Positions 9,340 to 18,471 of a stretch of DNA of 64,000 nucleotides are shown here, in pieces (the stretch's first letter is position 1; every line of letters starts with the position of its first letter). The DNA lies in the IMG/VR virus record IMGVR_UViG_3300037247_001786, positions 256,001 to 320,000 of that record; one strand, 5' to 3'. The notes under the pieces are model-generated. The model worked only from the letters and a program-made list of their open reading frames with translations, did not search any database and had not been told where the DNA came from. Source of the stretch: a virus. Lineage: Duplodnaviria; Caudoviricetes. Made by a program: the position numbers and the translations under genes.

Positions 9340-9515
9340 ACAGTGAAAGAGTAGATGAACGCAACTGCAAGACTCATAAATGTGATATAGGTCCAAAAGT
9401 TTTAAAAGTAACTTCAAGGAATTATATCGGCAGAAACCAGTTGTGCCCTTGTCGTAGCGGTAAAAAATATAAGAAATGTTGTCTCTTAAAAAGGGAATAT
9501 ACTCCAGATGAGTAA
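9336..9515 (+). CDS. SEC-C motif zinc-binding small protein (59 aa; absent from the ORF track)
   Basis: Manual translation MNSERV...IGRNQLCPCRSGKKYKKCCLLKREYTPDE; ATGA overlap with the upstream gene. Confidence 0.85.
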   Translation: MNSERVDERNCKTHKCDIGPKVLKVTSRNYIGRNQLCPCRSGKKYKKCCLLKREYTPDE

Positions 9516-9705
9516 AGAAATAGAAATTACAATACCGAGTTTCGGTGGAATAAAAGTTAGTAGGTCCAATCATAAAGAGAATGAAGCTTTGATGGAGTTT
9601 TTGACGAAGTTGTTAGATGAAGAAATGCATGATGAAGTTAAGAAGTTTTTTGAAGAAGAAAACGATGTAGAACTGTTACATGGCTCAGAATCTTTTTGTG
9701 GTTAA
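9508..9705 (+). CDS. Hypothetical acidic protein
   Basis: Overlaps the SEC-C gene stop; tight packing. Confidence 0.6.
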   Translation: MSKEIEITIPSFGGIKVSRSNHKENEALMEFLTKLLDEEMHDEVKKFFEEENDVELLHGSESFCG

Positions 9706-9724
9706 TGACCCCTAATTCAATACG

Positions 9725-9772
9725 CTCCTATATTTAGGTCGATACATATGTATACGACTTTAAATATAGGAG
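9725..9772 (+). promoter_or_regulatory. RBS-occluding hairpin upstream of the resolvase gene
   Basis: Perfect 12-bp CTCCTATATTTA/TAAATATAGGAG; inner GTCG/CGAC and palindromic ATACATATGTAT. Confidence 0.7.
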
Positions 9773-9779
9773 TTTTTTT

Positions 9780-10493
9780 ATGTCAAAATATAAAATAATT
9801 ATTTCTAACGACCCTGGTCTCACAGGCGGGATTACCATTTTAGATGGTAAAAAAGAACCTCAAATACATGAAATGCCAGTTGAAGAAGTAGTTGTAAATA
9901 AGAAGAAAAAGAAAATTTATGACCTTGATGCCATCGCTGCTATATTAGAACCATACCGAGATAAAGATGTTCTATACATACAAGAATTGGTATCAGCGAT
10001 GCCTGGCAATGGAAACGTCTCTATGTTTGGCTTCGGGAGGTCAAGCGGTTCAACTCTTGGAATTGCAGCGGGAGTTGGTTTCGATAGATACGAAGTTCGA
10101 CCTCAAGTATGGAAAAAGCAATTTCCCAAATTAGAAACCCCTATTTTTAAAGATTTGAAGCTTGAAGCAAAAGAACTAAGATCTTTAGGGAAGACGGATA
10201 GGGAAGAGCTAAAAAGGCTTAAAGCATTACAGAAAACATTAAAGGATAAAGCCCTAAAAAAAGCGAATAAGAAAGAAATAGATAAAGTGAAAGCAGTGGT
10301 TGCCTTAAATGCCGCCGGTGTCACTAAAATCAATGCCAAGGCAAAATCAGAAGCTAAAAGAGCTTCGAGATCTCTCGCTTCTGAATTGTATCCTAAATTG
10401 GCTCATCGTTTCAAGAGAGTTAAAGACGATGGCTTGGCAGAATCTTTGTTAATTGCAATTTTTGGAAAAGAAACTCAGGATGAACTGGTATAA
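9780..10493 (+). CDS. RuvC-like Holliday junction resolvase with Lys-rich helical insertion
   Basis: NDPGLTGG, QELV, SMFGFGRSSG, RPQVWKK and DDGLAESLLIA. Confidence 0.8.
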   Translation: MSKYKIIISNDPGLTGGITILDGKKEPQIHEMPVEEVVVNKKKKKIYDLDAIAAILEPYRDKDVLYIQELVSAMPGNGNVSMFGFGRSSGSTLGIAAGVGFDRYEVRPQVWKKQFPKLETPIFKDLKLEAKELRSLGKTDREELKRLKALQKTLKDKALKKANKKEIDKVKAVVALNAAGVTKINAKAKSEAKRASRSLASELYPKLAHRFKRVKDDGLAESLLIAIFGKETQDELV

Positions 10494-10872
10494 ATTTGCA
10501 CAATTTAAAGTTATAGATAATGAAGGGGGTCTCGATACAGACCTCCCCTCTGGACAAAATTATACAGATATCGGACATGATTGGTATTATGGTTATGAGG
10601 ATGATTTTGAAGCAGGTAATTTTAATTATATGTGGCAATTGGTTAATGGGGCAATTGATATTGAAAAGGAAACAGAAGAAATATATGGGCATGGAGATGT
10701 AGAAAGATGGTACGATGTTCCTGAAACTTATAGTGGAAGGTATGAGCAGAGTGGAAGATTATCAATAGTTAGACCCCAAAGAGGAGCTAGTCAATTTAGA
10801 CAAATTCCTCAATCTGTTAAAGATTTATTAAAACAAAAATTTCCAGAGGCTAAAGAGCTTTACGTTTATTAA
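10480..10872 (+). CDS. Hypothetical protein with MxWYKxA N-terminus
   Basis: Starts MNWYKFAQ at ATG 10480. Confidence 0.7.
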   Translation: MNWYKFAQFKVIDNEGGLDTDLPSGQNYTDIGHDWYYGYEDDFEAGNFNYMWQLVNGAIDIEKETEEIYGHGDVERWYDVPETYSGRYEQSGRLSIVRPQRGASQFRQIPQSVKDLLKQKFPEAKELYVY

Positions 10873-10887
10873 GATAGGAGATTAATT

Positions 10888-11259
10888 ATGGGTTGGTACA
10901 AATACGCAAAAGATTTTTATGAGAGAAATATTCTTAATCATAAAATAATATACTTAAAAGGGTTAAGCGATCATCTAGATGGATTGTCTAAATTAGTATT
11001 TCAAAGCGGTAAAAATACGAGAATAGCAAGTCGTAAAATAGTAACCGGCAAAAAGATAACTTCTTATCCCGAGTTAAGGGATATTCTTATAGAAGCTGAT
11101 TCGGTGGTGTTAGATAGTCCTTGGAAATTCAAAGCTTTATGTAAAGAAGCTATGTATCAAATAGAAGGAATGGTTTTCGCACTGGAAGATGAGAGAGAAG
11201 CATTTACACTGGGTAACCAAAAAAAGAGAGTTCAAAAAGGATGGGTAGATAATGTCTAA
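10888..11259 (+). CDS. Hypothetical protein with MxWYKxA N-terminus
   Basis: Starts MGWYKYAK; AGGAG RBS. Confidence 0.75.
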   Translation: MGWYKYAKDFYERNILNHKIIYLKGLSDHLDGLSKLVFQSGKNTRIASRKIVTGKKITSYPELRDILIEADSVVLDSPWKFKALCKEAMYQIEGMVFALEDEREAFTLGNQKKRVQKGWVDNV

Positions 11260-11902
11260 AAAAGATACTGCAATACAAAAAAGAAAAGATGACCCTATGG
11301 TTATCCCTTATTTAAAGACAGATAAAAGAGGCGACATTTGCCATGTAACTTGCAAGTTATGCAATGCTGAATGTAGGGAAGAGGCAGAAAACTATTTTGA
11401 CTCTACTCCTAATTACAGGGCATTAGTAAGGTGGTTGAAGGATAACCATGACATAGAGATATCTTATCCAGCGGTAAGAAACCATATCATCTATCATTAT
11501 CAAGCTAATCAGAAATATCAATATATGGAAGGCTACGCTGATGATATTAAAAAGTGGATGCAAATGCCTAATGAGCGTATTCCCGCTTTAAAGAAAAGAA
11601 GGGCGATACTCGAAAGAGAAATGGTAGGACTAGGGGCTGATATTGACGGACTAAAGGGAGAAGAAAAGAGAAAAAATATAGAATTAATGAAAAAGTTGGC
11701 TGATACTCTTTTGGTTTATGATACAAAGATAGATGAACTTTATAAGAGAATGGAGCCAGTAACGATGGTCTTAACTCAACTTAATATAATTATGACGGAT
11801 GTTGTCAATAACTCACACGAAGATGAAACGAAAGAAGCATTTGACGAAGTTTTAAATAAACTAGAAAGTGCTATAGGCGACATTATTGATTCTGAGGAGT
11901 AA
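11252..11902 (+). CDS. Hypothetical protein with CxxC/His and HTH-like N-terminus (possibly terminase small subunit-like)
   Basis: CKLCN...ISYPAVRNH followed by coiled coil; the function is a guess. Confidence 0.45.
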   Translation: MSKKDTAIQKRKDDPMVIPYLKTDKRGDICHVTCKLCNAECREEAENYFDSTPNYRALVRWLKDNHDIEISYPAVRNHIIYHYQANQKYQYMEGYADDIKKWMQMPNERIPALKKRRAILEREMVGLGADIDGLKGEEKRKNIELMKKLADTLLVYDTKIDELYKRMEPVTMVLTQLNIIMTDVVNNSHEDETKEAFDEVLNKLESAIGDIIDSEE

Positions 11903-11904
11903 AA

Positions 11905-12120
11905 ATGAAAGAGAGACAAACTGAAAATCATAAAAAGATAACAGCAACTACTTCTATAGGTAGTAAAAATAGAACGGTTGGGCTTACCTCTAAACCAAGA
12001 GAAAAAAAGAAAAGAAGTATAAATGCAAATAAATCTACTCCCATAAAGAGAACAGGGAATAGATCTCAGCCTAAAACCAAAGGCTGTTCTGGATGTTCTA
12101 GATATTCAAGGAATAACTAA
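11905..12120 (+). CDS. Small basic hypothetical protein
   Basis: GAGGAG RBS; K/R-rich, ends in GCSGCS. Confidence 0.6.
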   Translation: MKERQTENHKKITATTSIGSKNRTVGLTSKPREKKKRSINANKSTPIKRTGNRSQPKTKGCSGCSRYSRNN

Positions 12121-12124
12121 TAAA

Positions 12125-14491
12125 ATGAATGAAAAAAGAGAAAATTTCCTTAAAGTATTGGGAAGGTTTAGGTACTTATTCAGTTATCTATGCGTAAATC
12201 CTGATCTCATTATAAAAGATTTAGAAAGTATGCCTTCTTATGGAGATGTTGTATATCCTTGTGACGTAATAGAGTTAAGGAGTATTCTAGAGGATATGAT
12301 AATCAAAGATAGTGAATCGATACCCTTCTTCTCTCAAAAATTTTCAGAAAAATATTTAAAAAGATTTCCTATTTTTTTAGTTGTAAGTGAAAAAAAACTA
12401 TGCTACGATAGGCAAGATATTAAGGCTTTAAAGATTTATGATGTCCAAAAACTCGACATCAGCGAAGCTATTAAAAGAATTGTGATAAATGAACCTATCT
12501 CTTCAGAAGTGAAGAAAACTATTCTTAAAATAATTAGAGATACAGGTTGCAAATTAGAATGTGTGATATCAAATAGCGTACCTGGTATAAGTAGTATCAA
12601 TCCGAAATTAAGTTCTAAAAGAAACGGAAAAATGATGAAGAAGTGTCAAACAGTAGATCTTCCTAATGTAAGGTTAACAACTAAAGAAAAGCAGATATTT
12701 GATTTTTTAACAGATGTTAAAAGATCTTTCAATCTCGATATCGAATTCAGAGTAGCGGGTGGATGGGTTAGAGATAAATTAATGGGCAAGGAAAGTGATG
12801 ATATCGATATCGCTATCAGCAATATGACTGGCTCCCAATTAGCGGAATACATAAAAAGACATCCTCAAGCCAAACAGATAATGGGGAAAGACTATACCGT
12901 TCCTGTAAATCCAGAAAAATCAAAACACTTAGAGACTGTAGCTATTGAGCTATTTGGTGATAAGATAGATTTTGTCAATCTTCGTTCAGAGACATATGGA
13001 GATACAAGAGTACCAACAATGGAAATGGGCACTCCTGAAGCCGATGCAGAAAGAAGAGATTTAACTATAAACTCTTTATTCTACAATATAGAAACAGGTA
13101 AGATAGAGGATTATGTCGGAGGTCTTGAAGATATGAAGAATAAGGTTCTTCGTACTCCTATGGATCCGGTACAAACTTTTAAAGATGACCCTTTGCGTAT
13201 GTTGAGAGCAGTTAGGTTTAAAAGTCGCTTCCCAGACTTCCAGGTTGACCCAGGACTCGTCGAAGCGATGAAAGACCCCCAAGTACAGGATGCTTATAGA
13301 AATAAGGTCTCGCCCGAACGTGCTGGACCTGAGATAATGAAGACAATGATAGGGGAAGACCCAGTCGAGGCTTTAAGAATGTTATTTGATACAGACCTCT
13401 ATAAGAGCGTTTTTCATGTGCCAGATATGGAGAACATAAGTCCAGATGGTATAAACATGGATCAAAGAACTCCTTGGCATAAATATAACCTTAAGGACCA
13501 TACTTTAGAAGTTGTAAAGAATCTTAATAATATAATGATGGAAAAAGGTGAAGACAATAAGATGAGAGGTCTAATGAATCTCGCCGCTTTATTTCATGAT
13601 TTTGGAAAGATGAAAAATGATATACCTACTCCTCATCCTAAAAATCCAGAGCAAATGCAATATATCAATCATGAGAAGGCATCAGCTCGCATGGCTGAAG
13701 ATATATTAAAATCAATAGGTGTTGGTAAGGATGATAGAGATATAGTTAACCAGGTGGTAAAATTCCACATGGCCCCTCATTCTTCTGGACAGTGGGGTAA
13801 TAAGGGGAAAGCTAACTTTTTAAGAAGAACTCGTATGCATGGAAAAGAGGAAGAACATAAAGATTTATGGAAATATATCTTTTACCATGCTCAAGCTGAT
13901 GATATGTCTTCACAGCCTGATGATTATAACCAAGAGGAAAGAGAAAAATTATTTACTGATTTTCAACAGTATGTAGAAACTCCTCCTACTCCTCCAAAAT
14001 TATTAGTCAATGGGAATGATGTAAAAGAGGTTTTTGGAGATATTCCTCCAGGTCCTTGGATTAGCGAAATACTAAGGCAAATGCAAGAGAGACAAGACTC
14101 TGGCGAATTTAATACTTATGAGGAAGCCATAGGGGTACTTAAAACTCTAGCTCCTCAACAAAATATAGGAGATAATAATATGACTGCTAATTGGTACGGA
14201 AAAGTTAAGGTGTCTCAACAGTCTCGCCCTCATCCCTTGCCTAAAGAAGATGAGGCAGACGTAGTAAAAGGACCTAAGCCTCATGCTCCTAAATATGAAG
14301 TAGGTATGAAAGTTAATGACAGACGTAAGGGAGTAGCTCTAAAACAAGAGTACGGAGAGGTTAGTAAAATAGAAGGGAATAGTATGAAAATAACATGGTT
14401 CGACAAAGACGGCAAAAAGGCGAAAGAAGAACTTTTTGATATGGTCGAAGACACTGTTCCTCTTTCTCTTATAGTTGGCACTTCTAATTAA
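12125..14491 (+). CDS. cca: CCA-adding tRNA nucleotidyltransferase (class II, HD domain) with N- and C-terminal extensions
   Basis: RVAGGWVRD, DIDIA, DFVNLRSE, DAERRDLTINSL, DDPLRMLRAVRF, ERAGPE and AALFHDFGK. Confidence 0.9.
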   Translation: MNEKRENFLKVLGRFRYLFSYLCVNPDLIIKDLESMPSYGDVVYPCDVIELRSILEDMIIKDSESIPFFSQKFSEKYLKRFPIFLVVSEKKLCYDRQDIKALKIYDVQKLDISEAIKRIVINEPISSEVKKTILKIIRDTGCKLECVISNSVPGISSINPKLSSKRNGKMMKKCQTVDLPNVRLTTKEKQIFDFLTDVKRSFNLDIEFRVAGGWVRDKLMGKESDDIDIAISNMTGSQLAEYIKRHPQAKQIMGKDYTVPVNPEKSKHLETVAIELFGDKIDFVNLRSETYGDTRVPTMEMGTPEADAERRDLTINSLFYNIETGKIEDYVGGLEDMKNKVLRTPMDPVQTFKDDPLRMLRAVRFKSRFPDFQVDPGLVEAMKDPQVQDAYRNKVSPERAGPEIMKTMIGEDPVEALRMLFDTDLYKSVFHVPDMENISPDGINMDQRTPWHKYNLKDHTLEVVKNLNNIMMEKGEDNKMRGLMNLAALFHDFGKMKNDIPTPHPKNPEQMQYINHEKASARMAEDILKSIGVGKDDRDIVNQVVKFHMAPHSSGQWGNKGKANFLRRTRMHGKEEEHKDLWKYIFYHAQADDMSSQPDDYNQEEREKLFTDFQQYVETPPTPPKLLVNGNDVKEVFGDIPPGPWISEILRQMQERQDSGEFNTYEEAIGVLKTLAPQQNIGDNNMTANWYGKVKVSQQSRPHPLPKEDEADVVKGPKPHAPKYEVGMKVNDRRKGVALKQEYGEVSKIEGNSMKITWFDKDGKKAKEELFDMVEDTVPLSLIVGTSN

Positions 14492-14505
14492 GTAAGGATA
14501 TTATT

Positions 14506-15426
14506 ATGGCAGATCCTAATGGAACATTTTTACAAATAGCTTACGGAGGATATATGTTAGTATCTCCTTCTACTACAGTTAAAGAAACATTAGTGTATTC
14601 TGAACCAGGTTTTACGACTATGAGTCCAATAGAATTTGCTATTCCTAAAAGTGATCAATTTTATTTTATAATTAGAAAAAGAAATAATATTTTTGGAACA
14701 ACTTTTGAGGATACAGATATTACTAATTTAGTAACAACGGTAACAGATGCTACTTGGGGTATAAATCTTGAATCGAACTTAGAGGATTTTAGTTCATCGG
14801 TTGCGTCTTATGATGCAAATTGGGAAGATGGTCAATCCGATGCTAAAAAAGTTATTTTAACTGTTAATAGCGGAACTCCCCTTGCCGATCCAGTTAGTAG
14901 GATTAGAGTTATTGATTGTAAGATAAAAGATAAAAGAGATAACGCCTTTTTGTCATTTAGAGTTTTGGTAGATGATTCCAATAAGGTTTTTAATTATCTA
15001 TTAGTAGATTCAAATACAGTCACTCAAAGAGATGACTCTTCTACCTCTGGGTCTACTTTAATTGCAGAGCTTGACGGAGAAGGAGATTCTCATATTTTAA
15101 TATCGCCATTTGCTTCTTTTTTTGAGGTTTCTAAGGGGAGCCATGATTTTGATTATCCTTTAAATACTATTTTCTATAAAAGACAATCAACATATAATAA
15201 AGAAAATTTTACTTATCAGATAAGCGGCTATAGCGATTCTTTTCTGTTAGAGAATGTTAGAATTAAAAATGTTCCCGGATATCCTCAAATGGGAGTTGTT
15301 ATTATAGATAGAAATCTATTTGCAGAAATAGCAAGTGTAGAAAGAGAGATATATGTAGATTTGGAAGTAAGGGGCATTATTAGTGAAATGAGAGATACTT
15401 TTAGGGTTAATTTTGTTAGGACATAA
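14506..15426 (+). CDS. Hypothetical protein (beta-rich, possibly virion-associated)
   Basis: 306-aa ORF with AAGGA RBS. Confidence 0.7.
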   Translation: MADPNGTFLQIAYGGYMLVSPSTTVKETLVYSEPGFTTMSPIEFAIPKSDQFYFIIRKRNNIFGTTFEDTDITNLVTTVTDATWGINLESNLEDFSSSVASYDANWEDGQSDAKKVILTVNSGTPLADPVSRIRVIDCKIKDKRDNAFLSFRVLVDDSNKVFNYLLVDSNTVTQRDDSSTSGSTLIAELDGEGDSHILISPFASFFEVSKGSHDFDYPLNTIFYKRQSTYNKENFTYQISGYSDSFLLENVRIKNVPGYPQMGVVIIDRNLFAEIASVEREIYVDLEVRGIISEMRDTFRVNFVRT

Positions 15427-15427
15427 A

Positions 15428-15928
15428 ATGAGTTGGTACAAACAAGCAAATAATAAAGCTATTTTTGATAAGATAAAAACTATTTTAAAAACTAATAGTT
15501 TTATAAGAAGTCTTATGTCAGATTATAATATATCTACAGAAGATATAGATCAGCATTTAGATTTTGAAATTAAAGAATTGGACGGCAAGTTTGCAGAAGG
15601 TAATGGATTGTTGATAACTCTTGATCCAAAATTATTTGCAGAGAAAGATTTCTTTAAAAATAAATTTCATTTTGTAGTTCATGAGTTCTTTCATTGGATA
15701 AAAAGGCGTTCAGAATCTAAGTTTTACTTTAATGACTCAGAAGAAGTTCAAAGTTTTGTATTGGCTATTGCTTGGGAAATTATTGCCGGAAAGGGTAGCG
15801 AAGAAATATACAAATCAATATATCCAATAGTTGAAGCTCATTTTGAAAATAAAGAAAACTCTCAAGAAGTATTTGAAGATATGATAGATAAAGCTAATAA
15901 ACTCATTGAGGTTCATCAGAGTAGTTAA
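15428..15928 (+). CDS. Zincin-like HExxH protein with MxWYKxA N-terminus
   Basis: MSWYKQA start; VVHEFFHW plus a downstream E. Confidence 0.6.
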   Translation: MSWYKQANNKAIFDKIKTILKTNSFIRSLMSDYNISTEDIDQHLDFEIKELDGKFAEGNGLLITLDPKLFAEKDFFKNKFHFVVHEFFHWIKRRSESKFYFNDSEEVQSFVLAIAWEIIAGKGSEEIYKSIYPIVEAHFENKENSQEVFEDMIDKANKLIEVHQSS

Positions 15929-15959
15929 TTTATTACATACAGGAGTAAATTAGTGTCGC

Positions 15960-18344
15960 ATGGCAATACACATAATAGAACTAATTAACCCTTGCGATAG
16001 ACCTAATTGTGGAGATTTTCCCTTTTTAGAGTTCGTAAGTTTTCCAGGAACGGCAGCCCATTTGCAAAATATGTCAGTGTCATGGAGAATACTTAATACA
16101 GATTCTGTTCCTACAAATACAGAAGTTCATTACTCGTTGAATAGCTCTTCACTCGATAATAGAGTTAATTCAGCAACGTCAAATGGCATTTATAGTGCTG
16201 GAGATAACTTATTTTCTATTATACCTTTTCAGGGGAAGCATGGGGTATTGTTAATACAGGCAAGAGCTATTATTGATGGAGTAATGTATCTTAGCGATAT
16301 CGAGTCTATTGTTATTGACATCTCTTCAGCTAGTTGTTTTCCTGAATGGATTGTTGATCCAGATACACCAGGAAATTTACGAACTGATGTCTATATGGAA
16401 TTTGGGACATGGTATGTTCCAGATCATATACAGATAATAGGTAATTACGATACGGACACTTGTTCAGGAAATGTACTCTATGATACTGGATGTGCAAGTA
16501 CGTTAGATCGTAATTCAAGATATCCGGGAGCTTATCCTCCGACACTGTGGAACTCTGGTTTGCAGTTATACCCTCATGATGAAGCTTTATATTTAAATAG
16601 TAGAGATAAGTTACCTGATGTGGCTGATTTTCAACTCGGAGGTATTTGGCATGATTGTTTCCAAATACATGAGTCTGATTTGCCTATAGGGGTAAGAACG
16701 GTTCCTAATTGTTTTAACAGTTCAGGGACTGCCTACGCTTTTTATGTTTTAGGTCCAGACTTTAGTATAGACAGATTTGGAAGTACAAAAACAGATGACT
16801 TAGACTGCCAAGACGTTAGAACTCTTAAAGCAACAATACACTATCAGACTTATACTATAAGAGATGATATAATAGTGTTCTCTAGCTCTTTAGGAGACCC
16901 TTGTAATGAGCCTATAGATCCCGATAAAGTACTATGGAGAAGTGGTTGCGTTGGGACAGCACGTGGCGAGGGTCCTGGATTGTCAGGTGGTGAATTCGGA
17001 TCGACAGGAAAATATGATACTTTTAAATATTCAGAAATTGATACTCCTTTTACTATTTCTGTCCTCCCTAATTGTGGTGGGACTTCCGGGACAGCGTGGT
17101 GTGCTAAGGTTTATTACGAAGACGGGTCGTTAGCTTGGGATAATTGTGGAACAGATACTCCTGTCTGTTCAGATAGTGATACGGAAGCACCTACTCCTGA
17201 TCCGGCTACGTTTGCTATTGCTCCTGGTGCTGACAGCGATACTGCTATCAGTATGACGGCTACGACTGGAACTGATGCTACGGGGCCGGTTGAATATTAC
17301 TTTGCTGAAACTTCCGGCAGTCCTGGAGGTAATGATTCCGGATGGCAGACATCGCCGAGTTATACCGACAGTGGTTTGACCGCAAGTACTCAGTACACTT
17401 ATACGGTTCAGATGCGTGACTCTGTAACACCTCCGAATGTCGGCACCTCATCGTCTTCTGTCAATGCGACTACGAACGACCCTCCAACTTTTACTCTAAA
17501 AGACACTATAGATGATGGAGGGTCTGCTTTAAATGTATGGGGTGATGGTACTCATATTTATTTGGCAAATGCAGATAGTTTAAGGGCTTACACTTTTAAT
17601 GGAACAATTTTTATTAATGTAGGAATTAAAATTGACGGTGGCAATTTGAAAGTTGGCGTATGGGGTGATGGTACTTATATTTATTTGGCAAATAAGGGAG
17701 ATGGTCTAAGGGCTTATACCTTTAATGGTACAACTTTTACTCTAAAAGACACTATAGATGATGGAGGGGAAGCTTTTAATGTATGGGTCGATGGCACTTA
17801 TATTTATTTAGCAAATGATACTGATGGTTTAAGAGCTTACACTTTTAATGGAACAACCTTTACTAATGTAGGGCATGAAGTCGTCGGAGGGGAAGCTTTT
17901 AATGTATGGGGTGATGGTACTTATATTTATTTGGCAAATAAGGGAGATGGTCTAAGGGCTTATACCTTTAATGGTACAACTTTTACTCTAAAAGACACTA
18001 TAGATGATGGAGGGTCTGCCGTAGGCATATGGGGTGACGGCACTTATATTTATTTAGCAAATGATACTGATGGTTTAAGAGCTTACACTTTTAATGGAAC
18101 AACCTTTACTAATGTGGGGCATATAGATGATGGAGGCTTTGCTTTCGGCGTATGGACAGACGGCACTTATATTTATTTAGCAAATGATACTGATGGTTTA
18201 AGAGCTTATACCTTTAATGGAACAACCTTTACTAATGTGGGGCATATAAATGATGGAGGTAATTCTAGAAATGTTTGGAGCGATGGTACTTATATTTATT
18301 TGACTAGTAGCAATAGTGGTTTGAGAGCTTATACTTTTGTATAA
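15960..18344 (+). CDS. Large mosaic surface/virion protein: duplicated Cys-containing module, fibronectin-III-like domain, 7 LVIVD-like repeats
   Basis: AGGAG RBS; domain boundaries visible in the translation. Confidence 0.8.
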   Translation: MAIHIIELINPCDRPNCGDFPFLEFVSFPGTAAHLQNMSVSWRILNTDSVPTNTEVHYSLNSSSLDNRVNSATSNGIYSAGDNLFSIIPFQGKHGVLLIQARAIIDGVMYLSDIESIVIDISSASCFPEWIVDPDTPGNLRTDVYMEFGTWYVPDHIQIIGNYDTDTCSGNVLYDTGCASTLDRNSRYPGAYPPTLWNSGLQLYPHDEALYLNSRDKLPDVADFQLGGIWHDCFQIHESDLPIGVRTVPNCFNSSGTAYAFYVLGPDFSIDRFGSTKTDDLDCQDVRTLKATIHYQTYTIRDDIIVFSSSLGDPCNEPIDPDKVLWRSGCVGTARGEGPGLSGGEFGSTGKYDTFKYSEIDTPFTISVLPNCGGTSGTAWCAKVYYEDGSLAWDNCGTDTPVCSDSDTEAPTPDPATFAIAPGADSDTAISMTATTGTDATGPVEYYFAETSGSPGGNDSGWQTSPSYTDSGLTASTQYTYTVQMRDSVTPPNVGTSSSSVNATTNDPPTFTLKDTIDDGGSALNVWGDGTHIYLANADSLRAYTFNGTIFINVGIKIDGGNLKVGVWGDGTYIYLANKGDGLRAYTFNGTTFTLKDTIDDGGEAFNVWVDGTYIYLANDTDGLRAYTFNGTTFTNVGHEVVGGEAFNVWGDGTYIYLANKGDGLRAYTFNGTTFTLKDTIDDGGSAVGIWGDGTYIYLANDTDGLRAYTFNGTTFTNVGHIDDGGFAFGVWTDGTYIYLANDTDGLRAYTFNGTTFTNVGHINDGGNSRNVWSDGTYIYLTSSNSGLRAYTFV
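17481..18341 (+). repeat. Seven ~123-nt coding tandem repeats (LVIVD-like beta-propeller blades)
   Basis: Unit ~GDGTYIYLANxxDGLRAYTFNGTTFT; 17662-17768 is identical to 17908-18014. Confidence 0.9.
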
Positions 18345-18428
18345 TATTGGATAGTCAATCCTCATTTTTTGCAAGAAATGGGCATTTTTACTTCATATAA
18401 AGGTTTTTTATCGTAAAAATAGAATGAT

Positions 18429-18452
18429 AAGTGATACAAAATCGCTTATAAT
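18429..18452 (+). promoter_or_regulatory. Promoter motif AAGTGA-N12-TATAAT
   Basis: Upstream of AGGAG RBS and ATG 18472. Confidence 0.75.
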
Positions 18453-18471
18453 TCTATACAGGAGACCTCAA

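Noticed and set aside
17481-18341. CRISPR array or DGR template/variable repeat
   Set aside because: The repeats are in-frame coding units without unique spacers; differences are not adenine-specific; no cas or RT gene in the window
18399-18425. Second promoter class AAAGGTTTT...TAGAAT
   Set aside because: Only one clear and one loose instance (about 63920); insufficient support
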